51,468 nt of DNA from a bacterium (lineage in GTDB: Bacteria; Patescibacteriota; Minisyncoccia; Minisyncoccales; RBG-13-42-11), in contig JAUSLA010000015.1 in NCBI GenBank assembly GCA_030646565.1, positions 1 through 51,468 on the forward strand. Reading direction: 5' to 3'. A model generated the notes under the pieces. The model worked only from the letters and a program-made list of their open reading frames with translations, did no database searches and had not been told where the DNA came from. Below, one piece after another: positions 35,292-44,976 of this stretch. Every line of letters begins with the position of its first letter. Position 1 is the stretch's first letter. The translations under genes were made by a program, and so were the position numbers.

Positions 35292-35639
35292 ATGCCATTG
35301 GTTGTCGTGAACAAGAACCCCGAGAAGATTGATTGCGGATTACTGGAAAGGCTTGTTGATCGTCTACCAGGATTGGTAGCCAGTGCCTTAACTTGCGAGC
35401 ATCCTGACGGAGGATTAGAAGCTCAAGATGTTGAAGTCTGGGTGCAGGATTTTGGCCCCAATGATATAAATACAACAGACGTAGAAATTATAATTTGGGC
35501 TAATCTGTATCCGGAGAGGCAGGCGAATCTCGATGATAGGCGAGAGAAAATCTGCAAAGGGGTTCGGTTAATATTGCCAAAAATGATTAAGGGTTTTGTG
35601 TGGGTTATTTTGAATCCGGGTTCGTTTGGAGAATTCTAA
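35292..35639 (+). CDS. Tautomerase/MIF-superfamily-like protein
   Basis: N-terminal Met-Pro and a beta-alpha-beta pattern. AGGAGG upstream and a terminator-like hairpin downstream. Confidence 0.6.
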   Translation: MPLVVVNKNPEKIDCGLLERLVDRLPGLVASALTCEHPDGGLEAQDVEVWVQDFGPNDINTTDVEIIIWANLYPERQANLDDRREKICKGVRLILPKMIKGFVWVILNPGSFGEF

Positions 35640-35763
35640 GTTCTTTTCCGCAAGTTTGCGAGAGTATAGGGAGTGGGGCAAAAAGGGTTTATACCCTTTG
35701 AGCTTCACCCCCCATTTTTATTTCTTTAATTTATGAAAAATTTCTGCTATAATTAAATTGCTT

Positions 35764-37026
35764 ATGTTCAAGAAAATTACTTTAAAAAATGGCTTGCGGA
35801 TTATTGTTGTTCCTCAAAAAAGCACCCAAGCAGTAACGGTTTTAGTTTTGGTCGGGACTGGCTCTAAATATGAAACAAAAGAGATAAGCGGCATTTCCCA
35901 TTTTTTAGAGCATATGTTTTTCAAGGGGACAAAAAAGAGGCCGGACAACGTAGAAATTGCCGAGACATTAGATAAGGTGGGCGGAATTTACAATGCTTTT
36001 ACAGGTGAAGATTATACCGGATATTTTGCCAAGGTGGCAGCTTCCAATTTTGATTTGGCTCTGGATTGGGTTTCTGATATTTTTTTGAACTCCAATTTGC
36101 CGGGAAAAGAAATAGAGAAAGAGAAAGGAGTGATTATCGAAGAGATTAATATGCTATATGACAATCCTATGGCTTATGTCGGGCTTTTATGGAACAAACT
36201 CTTGTATGGCGATCAGCCGGCCGGTTGGGATATTGCCGGCGCAAAAGAAACGGTTTCTGCAATAAACCGCCAAAAGCTGCTGGATTATTTTAATAATCAT
36301 TATATCTCTTCAAACACCATTGTTTGTTTAGCCGGAAATTTCAAGGAACAGCAAGCCATTGAAAAGACAAAGAGATATTTTTCTTCTATGCGAATAAGCA
36401 ACCCCGCGGTTAAGCAAAAAGTTATTGATGCTCAAGAGCAACCCAAATCATTAGTTCATTATAAAGAGACAGACCAAACGCATCTTCGTTTGGGAGTGAG
36501 GGGCTTTAATCTTTTTCACCCCAAAAGATATGTTCAGGATATCTTGGGGAACGTTTTAGGGGGGATGATGAGTTCCCGTTTGTTTATTGAGATTAGGGAA
36601 AAATTAGGACTGGCTTATTATATTAAAACAGAAATTGAATCCAATCCCGACACGGGTTTTTTGGTAACTGCGGCCGGTGTTGACAGCAAGAGAATAGAAA
36701 AAGCGATTTCGGTCATTTTGAAAGAATATAAAAAAATATCGGAGGAAAAAGTAAGTCCCTCCGAACTGAAAAAAACAAAAAACAATCTCAAAGGAAGGCT
36801 TTCTTTGTCGATGGAGTCATCCGACGCCCAGGCCTCTTTTTACGGCATTCAAGAGCTTTTAGAGAAAAAAGTTATGACCCCTGCGGAGTTTTTTAAAGAA
36901 ATTGATAAAGTTAGCGCAAATGATATGTTAAAAGTGGCAAAAGATATTTTCCAGCCAAAAAATCTCAATTTAGTTTTAGTGGGTCCATTCAAAGACAATA
37001 CCAGATTTGAAAAATTATTGGCGTAA
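35764..37026 (+). CDS. M16 family zinc peptidase
   Basis: L.NGLRI, G.SHFLEH.FFKGT (HxxEH), NAFT and SSRLF..IREK.GLAY motifs. Confidence 0.94.
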   Translation: MFKKITLKNGLRIIVVPQKSTQAVTVLVLVGTGSKYETKEISGISHFLEHMFFKGTKKRPDNVEIAETLDKVGGIYNAFTGEDYTGYFAKVAASNFDLALDWVSDIFLNSNLPGKEIEKEKGVIIEEINMLYDNPMAYVGLLWNKLLYGDQPAGWDIAGAKETVSAINRQKLLDYFNNHYISSNTIVCLAGNFKEQQAIEKTKRYFSSMRISNPAVKQKVIDAQEQPKSLVHYKETDQTHLRLGVRGFNLFHPKRYVQDILGNVLGGMMSSRLFIEIREKLGLAYYIKTEIESNPDTGFLVTAAGVDSKRIEKAISVILKEYKKISEEKVSPSELKKTKNNLKGRLSLSMESSDAQASFYGIQELLEKKVMTPAEFFKEIDKVSANDMLKVAKDIFQPKNLNLVLVGPFKDNTRFEKLLA

Positions 37027-37027
37027 C

Positions 37028-37083
37028 GGTCAAAGAGGACTTTGTCCTCTTTTCCACCTTCGTCCCGTAAAACGGGACTCGGT
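37028..37083 (-). repeat. Family A element filling the intergenic spacer
   Basis: ggtcaaagaggactttgtcctcttttccaccttcgtcccgtaaaacgggactcggt. Confidence 0.9.
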
Positions 37084-37085
37084 TT

Positions 37086-38120
37086 ATGGGTGATGAAAAA
37101 GTTTTAGATATTTCTTGGGGAACAATTTTAAAATTATCTACTGCCATTATTTGTTTTTACATTCTTTTTTTAATCAAGGATATTTTAATTTGGTTTATTT
37201 TTGCGATAATAATTTCAATTTTATTCAATCCGGCAATTGATTTCCTAGAAAAAAGAAAAATCCCGCGAGTAATAAGCGTAGTGTTAATTTACTCTATTTT
37301 TTTGGGGATTTTAAGCGCTTTTTTGTATCTGACAGTCATTCTTTTCCTGAAAGAAATTCAGCAGTTCTCTCAGTTTTTGCCTCAATATTGGGGGAAATTA
37401 TCCCCGGTTTTAAGAAGTTTGGGGCTGCCAATTTTTGAGAGCACCGAGAATTTTTTTCAAACCTTAGGCGGGAATTTGGAAAAAATAAGCCGCAGCTTGA
37501 CCGGCATTATGTTTTCGGTTTTTGGGGGGATATTATCAACCATCTTGACCATCACTATGGCTATTTTTATTTCTTTAGAGCGAAAACCGATTGAAAAATT
37601 AATTGACCTCATTTTTTCTAAAAATTACGAGGCATACGCTCTTTCTCTTTGGGGAAGATGTCAAGAGAGAGTAAGTGGTTGGTTTTTAATGAGAATCATC
37701 GCCTGTTTATTTGTCGGAGCGCTTTCCTACTTTGCCTTTTTGCTTTTTGACGTAAAGTACTCTTTTTCTTTGGGATTAATTGCCGGCATTCTTAATTTTA
37801 TCCCTGTGGTAGGTCCCCTAGCCGCCGGCATCTTAATATTTACAGTTGCTTTGTTTGATTCTTTTGCGAAGGCAGTGTTTGTTTTAATTGCTTTTGTTTT
37901 AATCCAGCAGGTAGAAAATAATGTTTTAACGCCGATTCTTTCCAAAAGATTTCTTGGACTGTCCCCGGTTTTAGTTCTTGCTTCTTTGGCTATCGGAGGC
38001 GCGCTTTTAGGCATTATGGGAGCTGTTTTAGCTGTGCCTTTGGCCGGAATTTTGTTTGAATTTATTAAAGAATTTTTGCACAAAAGAAAAACAGGAAAAG
38101 AAAAAGCCGTAGTCTTATAA
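37086..38120 (+). CDS. AI-2E (PerM) family transporter
   Basis: Multi-TM protein with LNFIP.VGP, QQ.ENN.L.P and G.MGA.LAVP motifs. Confidence 0.9.
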   Translation: MGDEKVLDISWGTILKLSTAIICFYILFLIKDILIWFIFAIIISILFNPAIDFLEKRKIPRVISVVLIYSIFLGILSAFLYLTVILFLKEIQQFSQFLPQYWGKLSPVLRSLGLPIFESTENFFQTLGGNLEKISRSLTGIMFSVFGGILSTILTITMAIFISLERKPIEKLIDLIFSKNYEAYALSLWGRCQERVSGWFLMRIIACLFVGALSYFAFLLFDVKYSFSLGLIAGILNFIPVVGPLAAGILIFTVALFDSFAKAVFVLIAFVLIQQVENNVLTPILSKRFLGLSPVLVLASLAIGGALLGIMGAVLAVPLAGILFEFIKEFLHKRKTGKEKAVVL

Positions 38121-38176
38121 AAATTTCTAATTTTTAATTTCTAAAATTTGGTCATTGGAAATAGGAAATTAAATAC

Positions 38177-38851
38177 ATGGCTATTTTATACATAGTGGCA
38201 ACTCCCATAGGCAACCTCAAGGATATTAGCTTTCGAGCATTGGAGACACTGAGGGGGGTTGATTTAATTTTATGCGAGGATACGAGAGTAACAAAAAAAT
38301 TACTGGATTATTATAAGATTAACGTTCCCACCTTAAGCTGTCATCAACATTCCGAACTAAAAAAAGTTGAATATATTATTCAGCTTTTAAAAAGGGGGAA
38401 AAATTTAGCATTAGTTTCCGATGCCGGCACTCCCGGCATTTCAGACCCCGGCAATAAATTAATCAACATAATCGCTGCGAGGCCCGGCCTCCCAATAAAC
38501 ATTGTGCCTATTCCCGGGCCTTGCGCGATAACGGCCGCGGCTTCGGTTTCTGGTTTTCCGACGGACAGGTTTCTGTTTTTGGGTTTTCCGCCCGTCAAAA
38601 ATAAAAGGAAAAAGTTTTTTAAAGAAGCTGCCAGCTCAAAATATACGGTGATTTTTTATGAATCTCCCCATAGAATAATCAAAACATTAAAGGAGATTGG
38701 GTTTTTTGCAAGAGAGCGGGAGATTGCGGTTTGCCGGGAATTAACAAAAAAATTTGAAACGATTTACAGAGGAAGCGTTGAAAAAGTTATCCAAGACATA
38801 GAAAAAGATGAAATTAGGGGAGAGTTCGTCGTTATTTTAGGAGAAAAATAA
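38177..38851 (+). CDS. rsmI: 16S rRNA C1402 2'-O-methyltransferase
   Basis: LYIVATPIGNL.DI, CEDTR, VSDAGTP.ISDPG, YESPHR and RELTK.FE motifs. Confidence 0.96.
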   Translation: MAILYIVATPIGNLKDISFRALETLRGVDLILCEDTRVTKKLLDYYKINVPTLSCHQHSELKKVEYIIQLLKRGKNLALVSDAGTPGISDPGNKLINIIAARPGLPINIVPIPGPCAITAAASVSGFPTDRFLFLGFPPVKNKRKKFFKEAASSKYTVIFYESPHRIIKTLKEIGFFAREREIAVCRELTKKFETIYRGSVEKVIQDIEKDEIRGEFVVILGEK

Positions 38852-39284
38852 TAGTGACTGCAATAGTGAGGGCTTGGCTGATAATTTTCCAGAAGAGGGG
38901 AATTTTTTTATTTCTGAAAGAATGCGTTTTTATATGGTGAAATGCGCGATGGATTTTAAGCAGTTTGTTTTCCGGGAATACAAATGCCAGAAAAGCCAAG
39001 CCATCCGGCAAAATCGCGGTAATGCCGGCCAAAAGAGCAATTAAAGGGTTTTTAGCCAAAACAAGAATCAATAAAACGCCGGAGGAAAAATCAAGAAAAA
39101 TTTTGAAGAAATCAAAAAAGGAGTGGCGCCATTTTCCCTCCCCAATGTTTTTTATGGAATATTCTGAATGGGGCAAGAAATCCAAAAGATAATGCGAAAA
39201 CAAAGCCAAAAAAATGGCTATGGGGACAGATTTTATTTCCTCGGCAATGGCGGCTCCCACCAGTAAATGAGAAACGAGAATCAT
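38832..39284 (-). CDS. Small membrane protein, possibly metal-binding (His/Asp motifs)
   Basis: H...GAA, SHYLLD.LPH, LPD and H..FH motifs. The ORF extension to 39317 is repeat-derived. Confidence 0.75.
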   Translation of the reverse strand: MILVSHLLVGAAIAEEIKSVPIAIFLALFSHYLLDFLPHSEYSIKNIGEGKWRHSFFDFFKIFLDFSSGVLLILVLAKNPLIALLAGITAILPDGLAFLAFVFPENKLLKIHRAFHHIKTHSFRNKKIPLFWKIISQALTIAVTIIFLLK

Positions 39285-39287
39285 AGA

Positions 39288-39343
39288 GGGCGAAGAGAAC
39301 TGCGTTCTCTTCTTCACCTTCGTCCCGCCTTGCGAGACTCGGT
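39288..39343 (-). repeat. Family A element
   Basis: gggcgaagagaactgcgttctcttcttcaccttcgtcccgccttgcgagactcggt. Confidence 0.9.
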
Positions 39344-39398
39344 AAATTAAGGTAAATTATGATAAAGTGAAAATGTATTTTCCATTATACCACACACT

Positions 39399-40907
39399 AT
39401 GAAAAATAAATTTTATATTACAACCACTCTTCCTTATGTAAACGCAGAGCCCCATATCGGTTTTTCTTTAGAAATTGTTCAGGCCGATGTTATTGCCAGA
39501 TATCAGAGGGCTTTGGGCAAAGATGTTTTTTTTAACACCGGAACCGACGAACACGGGCTGAAAATTTACCGCAAAGCATTAGAAGAAAATAAAAACCCCC
39601 AAGATTACGTTGACGAATACGCCGCAAAATACGAGTGCCTCAAAAGGGCTTTGAATTTAAGCTACACCAATTTTATCCGCACCACCGACGCCCATCACGT
39701 TTTAGCTGCCCAGAAATTTTGGATACGTTGTCTGAAAAACGGAGATATCTATAAAAAAAACTATAAAATCAAATACTGCGTTGGCTGCGAACTGGAAAAA
39801 ACCGATTCAGAATTAGCAAAGGGAAAATGTCCCATTCATCCTAATCTGTCCTTAGAGCAAATAGAGGAGGAGAATTATTTTTTTAGATTTTCCAAATACC
39901 GACAGCCACTCCTTGATTTTTACAAGAAATACCCTGACTTTGTAATACCGGTGTCCAGATTTGCTGAAGTGAAAAGTTTTATTAGACAAGGGCTTCGGGA
40001 TTTTAGCGTTTCGCGACTTAAAGAAAAAATGCCTTGGGGTGTTCCGGTTCCAGGAGACGATTCTCAAGTTTTTTTTGTTTGGTTTGACGCTTTGATCAAT
40101 TATATTTCCGCTTTGGGTTGGCCCGAGCAAAAGAAGAATTTTCGGGCATATTGGGGAAATAAAAGAAACCCTAACGCCCTTCAAGTTGCCGGTAAAGACA
40201 ATTTGCGCCAGCAATCAGCTATATGGCAAGCCATGCTTATGTCTGCCGGCCTTCCTAATTCAAGGAAAATTATTATACACGGATTTATTACCGTTGCCGG
40301 CCAGAAAATGTCCAAAAGTTTGGGAAATGTGGTTTCTCCCTTTGAATTGGTCAAAAAATACGGGACTGACCCTGTAAGATATTTTCTTTTGCGGGAAATT
40401 CCACCGACCGAGGACGGCGATTTTACCTATGAGAAGTTTGAATCAAGATATAATTCTGATTTGGCCAATGGATTAGGAAATTTGGCGGCGAGAGTAATAA
40501 CGCTTGCAAAAATTTCTAATACCGAGCTTCCACTTGTGGAAGCGAAGGTGAAGAAGAGAACGGAGTTCTCTTCGCCTTTCAAATTTCTAATTTCCAAACA
40601 AATCCAAAATCCAAAATTCAAAACAACAATAAACAAAACTTGGGGAAAATATCACAAGGCTTTAGGCGAATTTAAGTTTAATGAGGCGTTAGTTGCAGTT
40701 TGGAATTTAATTGGTTTTTGCGACCGTTACATTGAAAAAGAAAAACCATGGGAAAAAAGCCAAAAACAAAAAGAAGTTATTGGCGATTTATTATTAGCTA
40801 TTAATGAAATAGCGAAACTTTTAGAGCCATTTTTGCCCGAGACATCAGAAAAAATCTTTCAGCAATTAAAAAATAAAAAAAGCAAATCTCTCTTTCCCAG
40901 AATCTAA
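39399..40907 (+). CDS. metG: Methionine--tRNA ligase, short monomeric form
   Basis: YITT.LPYVN..PHIG, TGTDEHG, VWFDAL.NY, KMSKS and DLAN.LGNL motifs. Confidence 0.97.
   Translation: MKNKFYITTTLPYVNAEPHIGFSLEIVQADVIARYQRALGKDVFFNTGTDEHGLKIYRKALEENKNPQDYVDEYAAKYECLKRALNLSYTNFIRTTDAHHVLAAQKFWIRCLKNGDIYKKNYKIKYCVGCELEKTDSELAKGKCPIHPNLSLEQIEEENYFFRFSKYRQPLLDFYKKYPDFVIPVSRFAEVKSFIRQGLRDFSVSRLKEKMPWGVPVPGDDSQVFFVWFDALINYISALGWPEQKKNFRAYWGNKRNPNALQVAGKDNLRQQSAIWQAMLMSAGLPNSRKIIIHGFITVAGQKMSKSLGNVVSPFELVKKYGTDPVRYFLLREIPPTEDGDFTYEKFESRYNSDLANGLGNLAARVITLAKISNTELPLVEAKVKKRTEFSSPFKFLISKQIQNPKFKTTINKTWGKYHKALGEFKFNEALVAVWNLIGFCDRYIEKEKPWEKSQKQKEVIGDLLLAINEIAKLLEPFLPETSEKIFQQLKNKKSKSLFPRI
40521..40577 (+). 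repeat. 57-bp family A element, in-frame in metG
   Basis: accgagcttccacttgtggaagcgaaggtgaagaagagaacggagttctcttcgcct, read as TELPLVEAKVKKRTEFSSP. Confidence 0.92.
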
Positions 40908-40910
40908 AAT

Positions 40911-41840
40911 ATGTTTACAGCTTTTGTCATTATTGTTGGGTTGGTGATTTTTGAGATAATCAGCAGCATTGATAACGCTATTATTAACGCTCATATTCTA
41001 AAAACAATGAGCGTTAAATGGCGGAAAATTTTTCTCTTCTGGGGTATTTTTACCGCGGTTTTTCTCGTCAGGGGCCTTCTTCCTTTAGCAATTGTTTGGC
41101 TGTCGGTTCCTGAAATTGGTTTTTGGGGAGTATTCCAATCAATGTTTAAGAGTTCGCCGGAAATTGCCCAGACAATAGAAGCAAGAAAGGGCATAATTTT
41201 GATTGGAGCCGGCGTTTTTCTTTTATTGATTTATCTTCATTGGCTATTTTTGGAAAAAAAAGACCCATTTTTTGTTTCTGACAAGTTAATAAAGCCGAAT
41301 TATGGGGTCTGGTTTTTTGCTTTTGCCGCCATAATTTTAGTCTCCCTTTTGTATCTGGCAAGAAATTCTTACCAACTAATGTTATCTGCCGCTATAGGTT
41401 ATGCCGTGTTTTTTATTATGTATGGTTTTCGCGAGCAAGCGGCCAAAGAAGAGGCAAGACTGGAGGGTGGCCAGTCACATTTGAGTAATTTTTCAAAATT
41501 AATGTTTCTTGAAGTATTGGACACTTCTTTCAGTTTTGACGGAGTCATTGGCGCTTTTGCTTTTACCACTGCAATCCCTTTAATTTTTTTGGGAAACGGA
41601 ATAGGAGCTTTGGTTGTAAGACAATTGACTATCAGCGGCATAGAGCGGGTGGAAAAATACAAATGGCTGAAAAACGGGGCAATGACTTCAATAGGAATTT
41701 TAGGCGTTTTTATTATTGCCAAAAGTTTCGGCGTCCATATTCCAGAATACTTGCCCACCTTAACGACTATCGGGCTTGTAGGTTTAACCTTTTGGAGGTC
41801 TCATCAACTTTTAAAAAAGAATAACCAAGGTGCTAATTGA
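40911..41840 (+). CDS. DUF475 / TerC-like integral membrane protein
   Basis: FE...SIDNAIINA, FL.WGI..AVFLVR and LEVLD.SFS.DGV.GAFAFT motifs. Confidence 0.88.
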   Translation: MFTAFVIIVGLVIFEIISSIDNAIINAHILKTMSVKWRKIFLFWGIFTAVFLVRGLLPLAIVWLSVPEIGFWGVFQSMFKSSPEIAQTIEARKGIILIGAGVFLLLIYLHWLFLEKKDPFFVSDKLIKPNYGVWFFAFAAIILVSLLYLARNSYQLMLSAAIGYAVFFIMYGFREQAAKEEARLEGGQSHLSNFSKLMFLEVLDTSFSFDGVIGAFAFTTAIPLIFLGNGIGALVVRQLTISGIERVEKYKWLKNGAMTSIGILGVFIIAKSFGVHIPEYLPTLTTIGLVGLTFWRSHQLLKKNNQGAN

Positions 41841-41909
41841 CACCCATTCCCATTTGAACCCCGAAGGAGAAAACTTCGTTTTCCCTACGGGGCAAGTTTC
41901 AACGCTTTT
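41830..41909 (+). pseudogene. Dead duplicate of the tatD 5' end, interrupted by a 38-bp family E element (41859-41896)
   Basis: After excising the insert it reads (V/M)LIDTHSHLNFNAF, versus tatD MLIDTHSHLNFNAY, with many synonymous differences. Confidence 0.87.
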
Positions 41910-42818
41910 ATGTTAATTGACACTCACTCGCATTTAAATTTCAACGCCTACAAAAATGATGCAGATGAAGTGATAAAAAGAGCACTAGACAATGATATCT
42001 GGATGCTCAATGTCGGCTCGCAATTTTCCACCTCAAAAAGGGCGGTTGAAATAGCCGAAAAATATCCAAAAGGAGTGTATGCCGCCGTCGGCCTTCACCC
42101 AATACATTTAACTGAAGGAATTTTTAAAACAAAAATTGATACAGAAGAAATTGAATTTAAAAAAGCTGAAGAAGATTTTTATTACGAAAAATATAAAGAA
42201 TTAGCCCGATCTAAAAAAGTTGTCGCTATCGGCGAGGTTGGTTTAGATTATTATTATCGGCCAAAAACAAAAACAAAACTTGAACAGTTCAAAAACAAAC
42301 AAAAAGAAGCGCTTTTGGCGCAGTTGGCTTTAGCCAAAGAGCTGAATTTGCCAGTAATTTTCCATTGCCGTTCAGCACATAAGGATTTGATAGAAATCCT
42401 CAACTATAAAACAAGAACTACAAACTATAAACCGAATGGAGTAGTTCATTGTTTTACCGGAAATTTGGAAGAGGCAAAACAATATCTGGAATTGGGGCTT
42501 TATCTTGGTTTGAACGGGATAATTTTTAAGCTGGAGGTCGCTGAGACTTCGTCTCATCTCTCATCTCGTGCGGCTTCGCCGCACTCGGTTTTAGACGAAG
42601 TTATCAAAAATATTCCTTTAAATAGAATTTTAGTTGAAACAGATTGCCCCTATTTGACGCCGCCACCTTTTGAAGGACGAAATGAACCTTTGTATATTAA
42701 ATCAGTTGTCCAGCGAATAGCTGAAATTAAAAATATGAACTACGAGGAAATAGCTAAAATTACTACTGAAAATGCCAAAAAATTATTTACCGAGTTCCGT
42801 GAAGCGGAACGAAGGTGA
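41910..42818 (+). CDS. tatD: TatD family deoxyribonuclease
   Basis: IDTHSH, VGLHP, AIGEVGLD, HCR, HCF, ETDCPY and RNEP motifs. Confidence 0.95.
   Translation: MLIDTHSHLNFNAYKNDADEVIKRALDNDIWMLNVGSQFSTSKRAVEIAEKYPKGVYAAVGLHPIHLTEGIFKTKIDTEEIEFKKAEEDFYYEKYKELARSKKVVAIGEVGLDYYYRPKTKTKLEQFKNKQKEALLAQLALAKELNLPVIFHCRSAHKDLIEILNYKTRTTNYKPNGVVHCFTGNLEEAKQYLELGLYLGLNGIIFKLEVAETSSHLSSRAASPHSVLDEVIKNIPLNRILVETDCPYLTPPPFEGRNEPLYIKSVVQRIAEIKNMNYEEIAKITTENAKKLFTEFREAERR
42536..42589 (-). repeat. 54-bp family A variant, in-frame in tatD
   Basis: Minus strand ACCGAGTGCGGCGAAGCCGCACGAGATGAGAGATGAGACGAAGTCTCAGCGACC; removal gives IFKLDLDEVIK. Confidence 0.85.
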
Positions 42819-42844
42819 AGAAGAGGACGCAGTCCTCTTCGCCT
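42789..42844 (+). repeat. Family A element supplying the TatD C-terminus and stop
   Basis: accgagttccgtgaagcggaacgaaggtgaagaagaggacgcagtcctcttcgcct, read as TEFREAERR*. Confidence 0.92.
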
Positions 42845-42867
42845 TTCAAAAATTTAAATCAAAATTT

Positions 42868-43704
42868 ATGCCAAAAGTCGCAATTATCGGAGGAAGCGGG
42901 GTTTACGACTCCGGAATTTTTAAAAAGGAAAAAGAGGTTAGAATAAAAACTCCGTTCGGCTATCCTTCCTCGCCAATTGAAATCGGCGATTTTCTGGGCC
43001 CCGAAGGAGACGCTTCGCGACCCTACGGGGCAAGCCAAAAAATCGCTTTTTTGGCAAGGCACGGAAAGAATCATCAATTTCCTCCGCATAAAGTTCCTCA
43101 AAAAGCCAACCTTTGGGCTTTGAAAAAACTAGGCGTTGAAAGAATAATTGGAATTTGCGCTGTCGGCTCTTTAAAGAAAAGTTTTAAGCCGGGAGACATT
43201 GTGATTTGCGATCAGTTTATAGATTTTACCAAAAAACGGGAATACACTTTTTATGATGGTTCGACGAGCTCACCACTTAGCAGTAAGGCGATACACATTT
43301 CTTTGGCCGACCCTTTTTGTCCTGAATTAAGAAAGTTATTTTTTAAAGAAGCGAAAAAGCTAAAAATCCCAGTTCATCAAAAAGGGACTTATCTTTGCAT
43401 CGAAGGGCCGAGATTTTCAACTCGGGCGGAATCAAAATTCTTCAGAAATTTTGCCGATATTATTGGAATGACTTTAATTCCTGAAGCGGTTTTGGCCAGA
43501 GAATTGGAGATTTGTTATTTATCTTTAGCTATGGTAACCGATTACGATGTTTGGCAAGACAGCCCTGTAAGCGCGGAAGAAGTGATAAAGACAATGAAAG
43601 ACAACTTGGAGAAAATCAAAAAATTATTAAAAAATACCATTCCTCAAATTAAAATTCAAAGAAATTGTCCTTGCAAAACAGCTCTCAAAAACGCCAAAAT
43701 TTAA
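42868..43704 (+). CDS. mtnP: S-methyl-5'-thioadenosine/purine nucleoside phosphorylase with two short inserts
   Basis: AIIGGSG, TPFG.PS, FLARHG..H..PPH, EGPRFST.AES and VTDYD.W motifs. Confidence 0.93.
   Translation: MPKVAIIGGSGVYDSGIFKKEKEVRIKTPFGYPSSPIEIGDFLGPEGDASRPYGASQKIAFLARHGKNHQFPPHKVPQKANLWALKKLGVERIIGICAVGSLKKSFKPGDIVICDQFIDFTKKREYTFYDGSTSSPLSSKAIHISLADPFCPELRKLFFKEAKKLKIPVHQKGTYLCIEGPRFSTRAESKFFRNFADIIGMTLIPEAVLARELEICYLSLAMVTDYDVWQDSPVSAEEVIKTMKDNLEKIKKLLKNTIPQIKIQRNCPCKTALKNAKI
42999..43034 (+). repeat. 36-bp family E element, in-frame in mtnP
   Basis: CCCCGAAGGAGACGCTTCGCGACCCTACGGGGCAAG; removal gives FLGQKIAFLARHG. Confidence 0.87.
43257..43275 (+). repeat. Short REP-like imperfect palindrome, in-frame in mtnP
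   Basis: TGGTTCGACGAGCTCACCA (GSTSSP). Confidence 0.5.
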
Positions 43705-43726
43705 TTGGTTTAGCGAATGTTAGATA

Positions 43727-43777
43727 GCCGAGCCGCAGGCGACGGGTGGAGAAGAACACGAATGTGTTCTTCGACTA
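43727..43777 (+). repeat. Family B element
   Basis: gccgagccgcaggcgacgggtggagaagaacacgaatgtgttcttcgacta. Confidence 0.85.
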
Positions 43778-43919
43778 GCCGATATTTAACATAATTTGCG
43801 TTGAACATTGTATTTTTTACTCCATTTGTGGTATAATTTAATTAGAGTGGATATTCTTTAAGCGGGAAACGCAAAACAAAATTATAAATTCGAAGAGATA
43901 TAGTATTCAATAAAAAAAT

Positions 43920-44723
43920 ATGATACAAAAATTTTTTTTGATTTTAGGAATTGTTGCGACGTTAGTAATGGCCGTGCTTTTGATAGGCGTCTACAAACTT
44001 CCCCTGCCGCCAGCCAGCGAGCTTCAAAAAGAAAACAGTTTTATATTTACTGCCGAATATTCCAAGGATAATTTTGAAGTTATAGAAGTAGCGCACATTG
44101 ATAAGCCGGGATATGTTGTGGTTCATGAAAACAACAATGGCACGCCGGGCGAGGTTTTGGGTGTGAGCGGGTTAATAACTGGCACCAATTATGACATAGA
44201 GATTCCCATAGACAGCAGGCAAAGTACAACGAGTGTTATTACAAAACTTTATTATGACAACGGAGATTCTGTATTTGATGTTAAATCTGATGTTCCGGTA
44301 GAGTCAGATAGCGCAACAATAATAGGCCCTGTGGTTGGTCCGTCGGTCAGTCCTGGGGTATTCACCGGAAACTTGCAGCAATTTGAGCCATTCAGAGTTA
44401 ACGCTACAATATTGGATATATACACCATAAACGATGATGGCGTAAAAAAAATGGGTAAAATCAGAATTAACAATATATTGGAGCAATGTGGATCAGCAGT
44501 CTGGGAATGTAAAACAAAAATATCAGCGGGAGACGTATTAGACGTATATTTCCAGCAAGGCACTGTTGTAGGGTCACAGTGTCCTCCTGAGGGAAGCGCA
44601 GCGCCTTGCAGTATTGGTTATAGTGTTGGAAAGGGCGACCAAATAGAAGCAGGACTTCAAATTAACATAGAAGATTCCTCGTATAAGAAAAACACGATTT
44701 TTGTAATAAGAAAAATAGAATAG
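43920..44723 (+). CDS. Exported or membrane-anchored hypothetical protein
   Basis: N-terminal TM/signal segment, GYVVVH..PG.VLG.S..L..DNGD..FD beta-domain, and Cys pairs. Confidence 0.75.
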   Translation: MIQKFFLILGIVATLVMAVLLIGVYKLPLPPASELQKENSFIFTAEYSKDNFEVIEVAHIDKPGYVVVHENNNGTPGEVLGVSGLITGTNYDIEIPIDSRQSTTSVITKLYYDNGDSVFDVKSDVPVESDSATIIGPVVGPSVSPGVFTGNLQQFEPFRVNATILDIYTINDDGVKKMGKIRINNILEQCGSAVWECKTKISAGDVLDVYFQQGTVVGSQCPPEGSAAPCSIGYSVGKGDQIEAGLQINIEDSSYKKNTIFVIRKIE

Positions 44724-44749
44724 ATAATATTAAAAAAGAGCAGCCAATT

Positions 44750-44781
44750 ACCATAAGGAGCTAAGCTCCTTATGGTTTTTT
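44750..44781 (+). terminator. Intrinsic terminator
   Basis: ACCATAAGGAGC-TAA-GCTCCTTATGGT followed by a T-run. Confidence 0.75.
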
Positions 44782-44784
44782 AAT

Positions 44785-44943
44785 ACCGAGTTCGCCAAAG
44801 GTGGACGAAGGTGACTCAAAGAAGATAAATCTTCTTTTCCACCTGCGTCCCACTTTGTGGGACTTGGTAGATGAGGAAGTAGTCCTCATCGCTTACTTGA
44901 GCGAAGCGAAGAGTGAAGATGAGGAAGTAGTCCTCATCGCTTA
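44785..44943. repeat. Nested/tandem cluster of three family A/B elements
   Basis: The outer A element is split in its linker by an inverted A. The 27-mer agatgaggaagtagtcctcatcgctta occurs at 44869 and 44917. Confidence 0.87.
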
Positions 44944-44976
44944 GACAAAATCGGGTTTTTGGGATATGATATTTTT

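Noticed and set aside
44785..44943. CRISPR array (27-nt direct repeat) and other repeat clusters
   Set aside because: Only two copies, the intervening sequence is itself repeat-derived, and no cas genes are present. Family A copies are dispersed, not regularly spaced.
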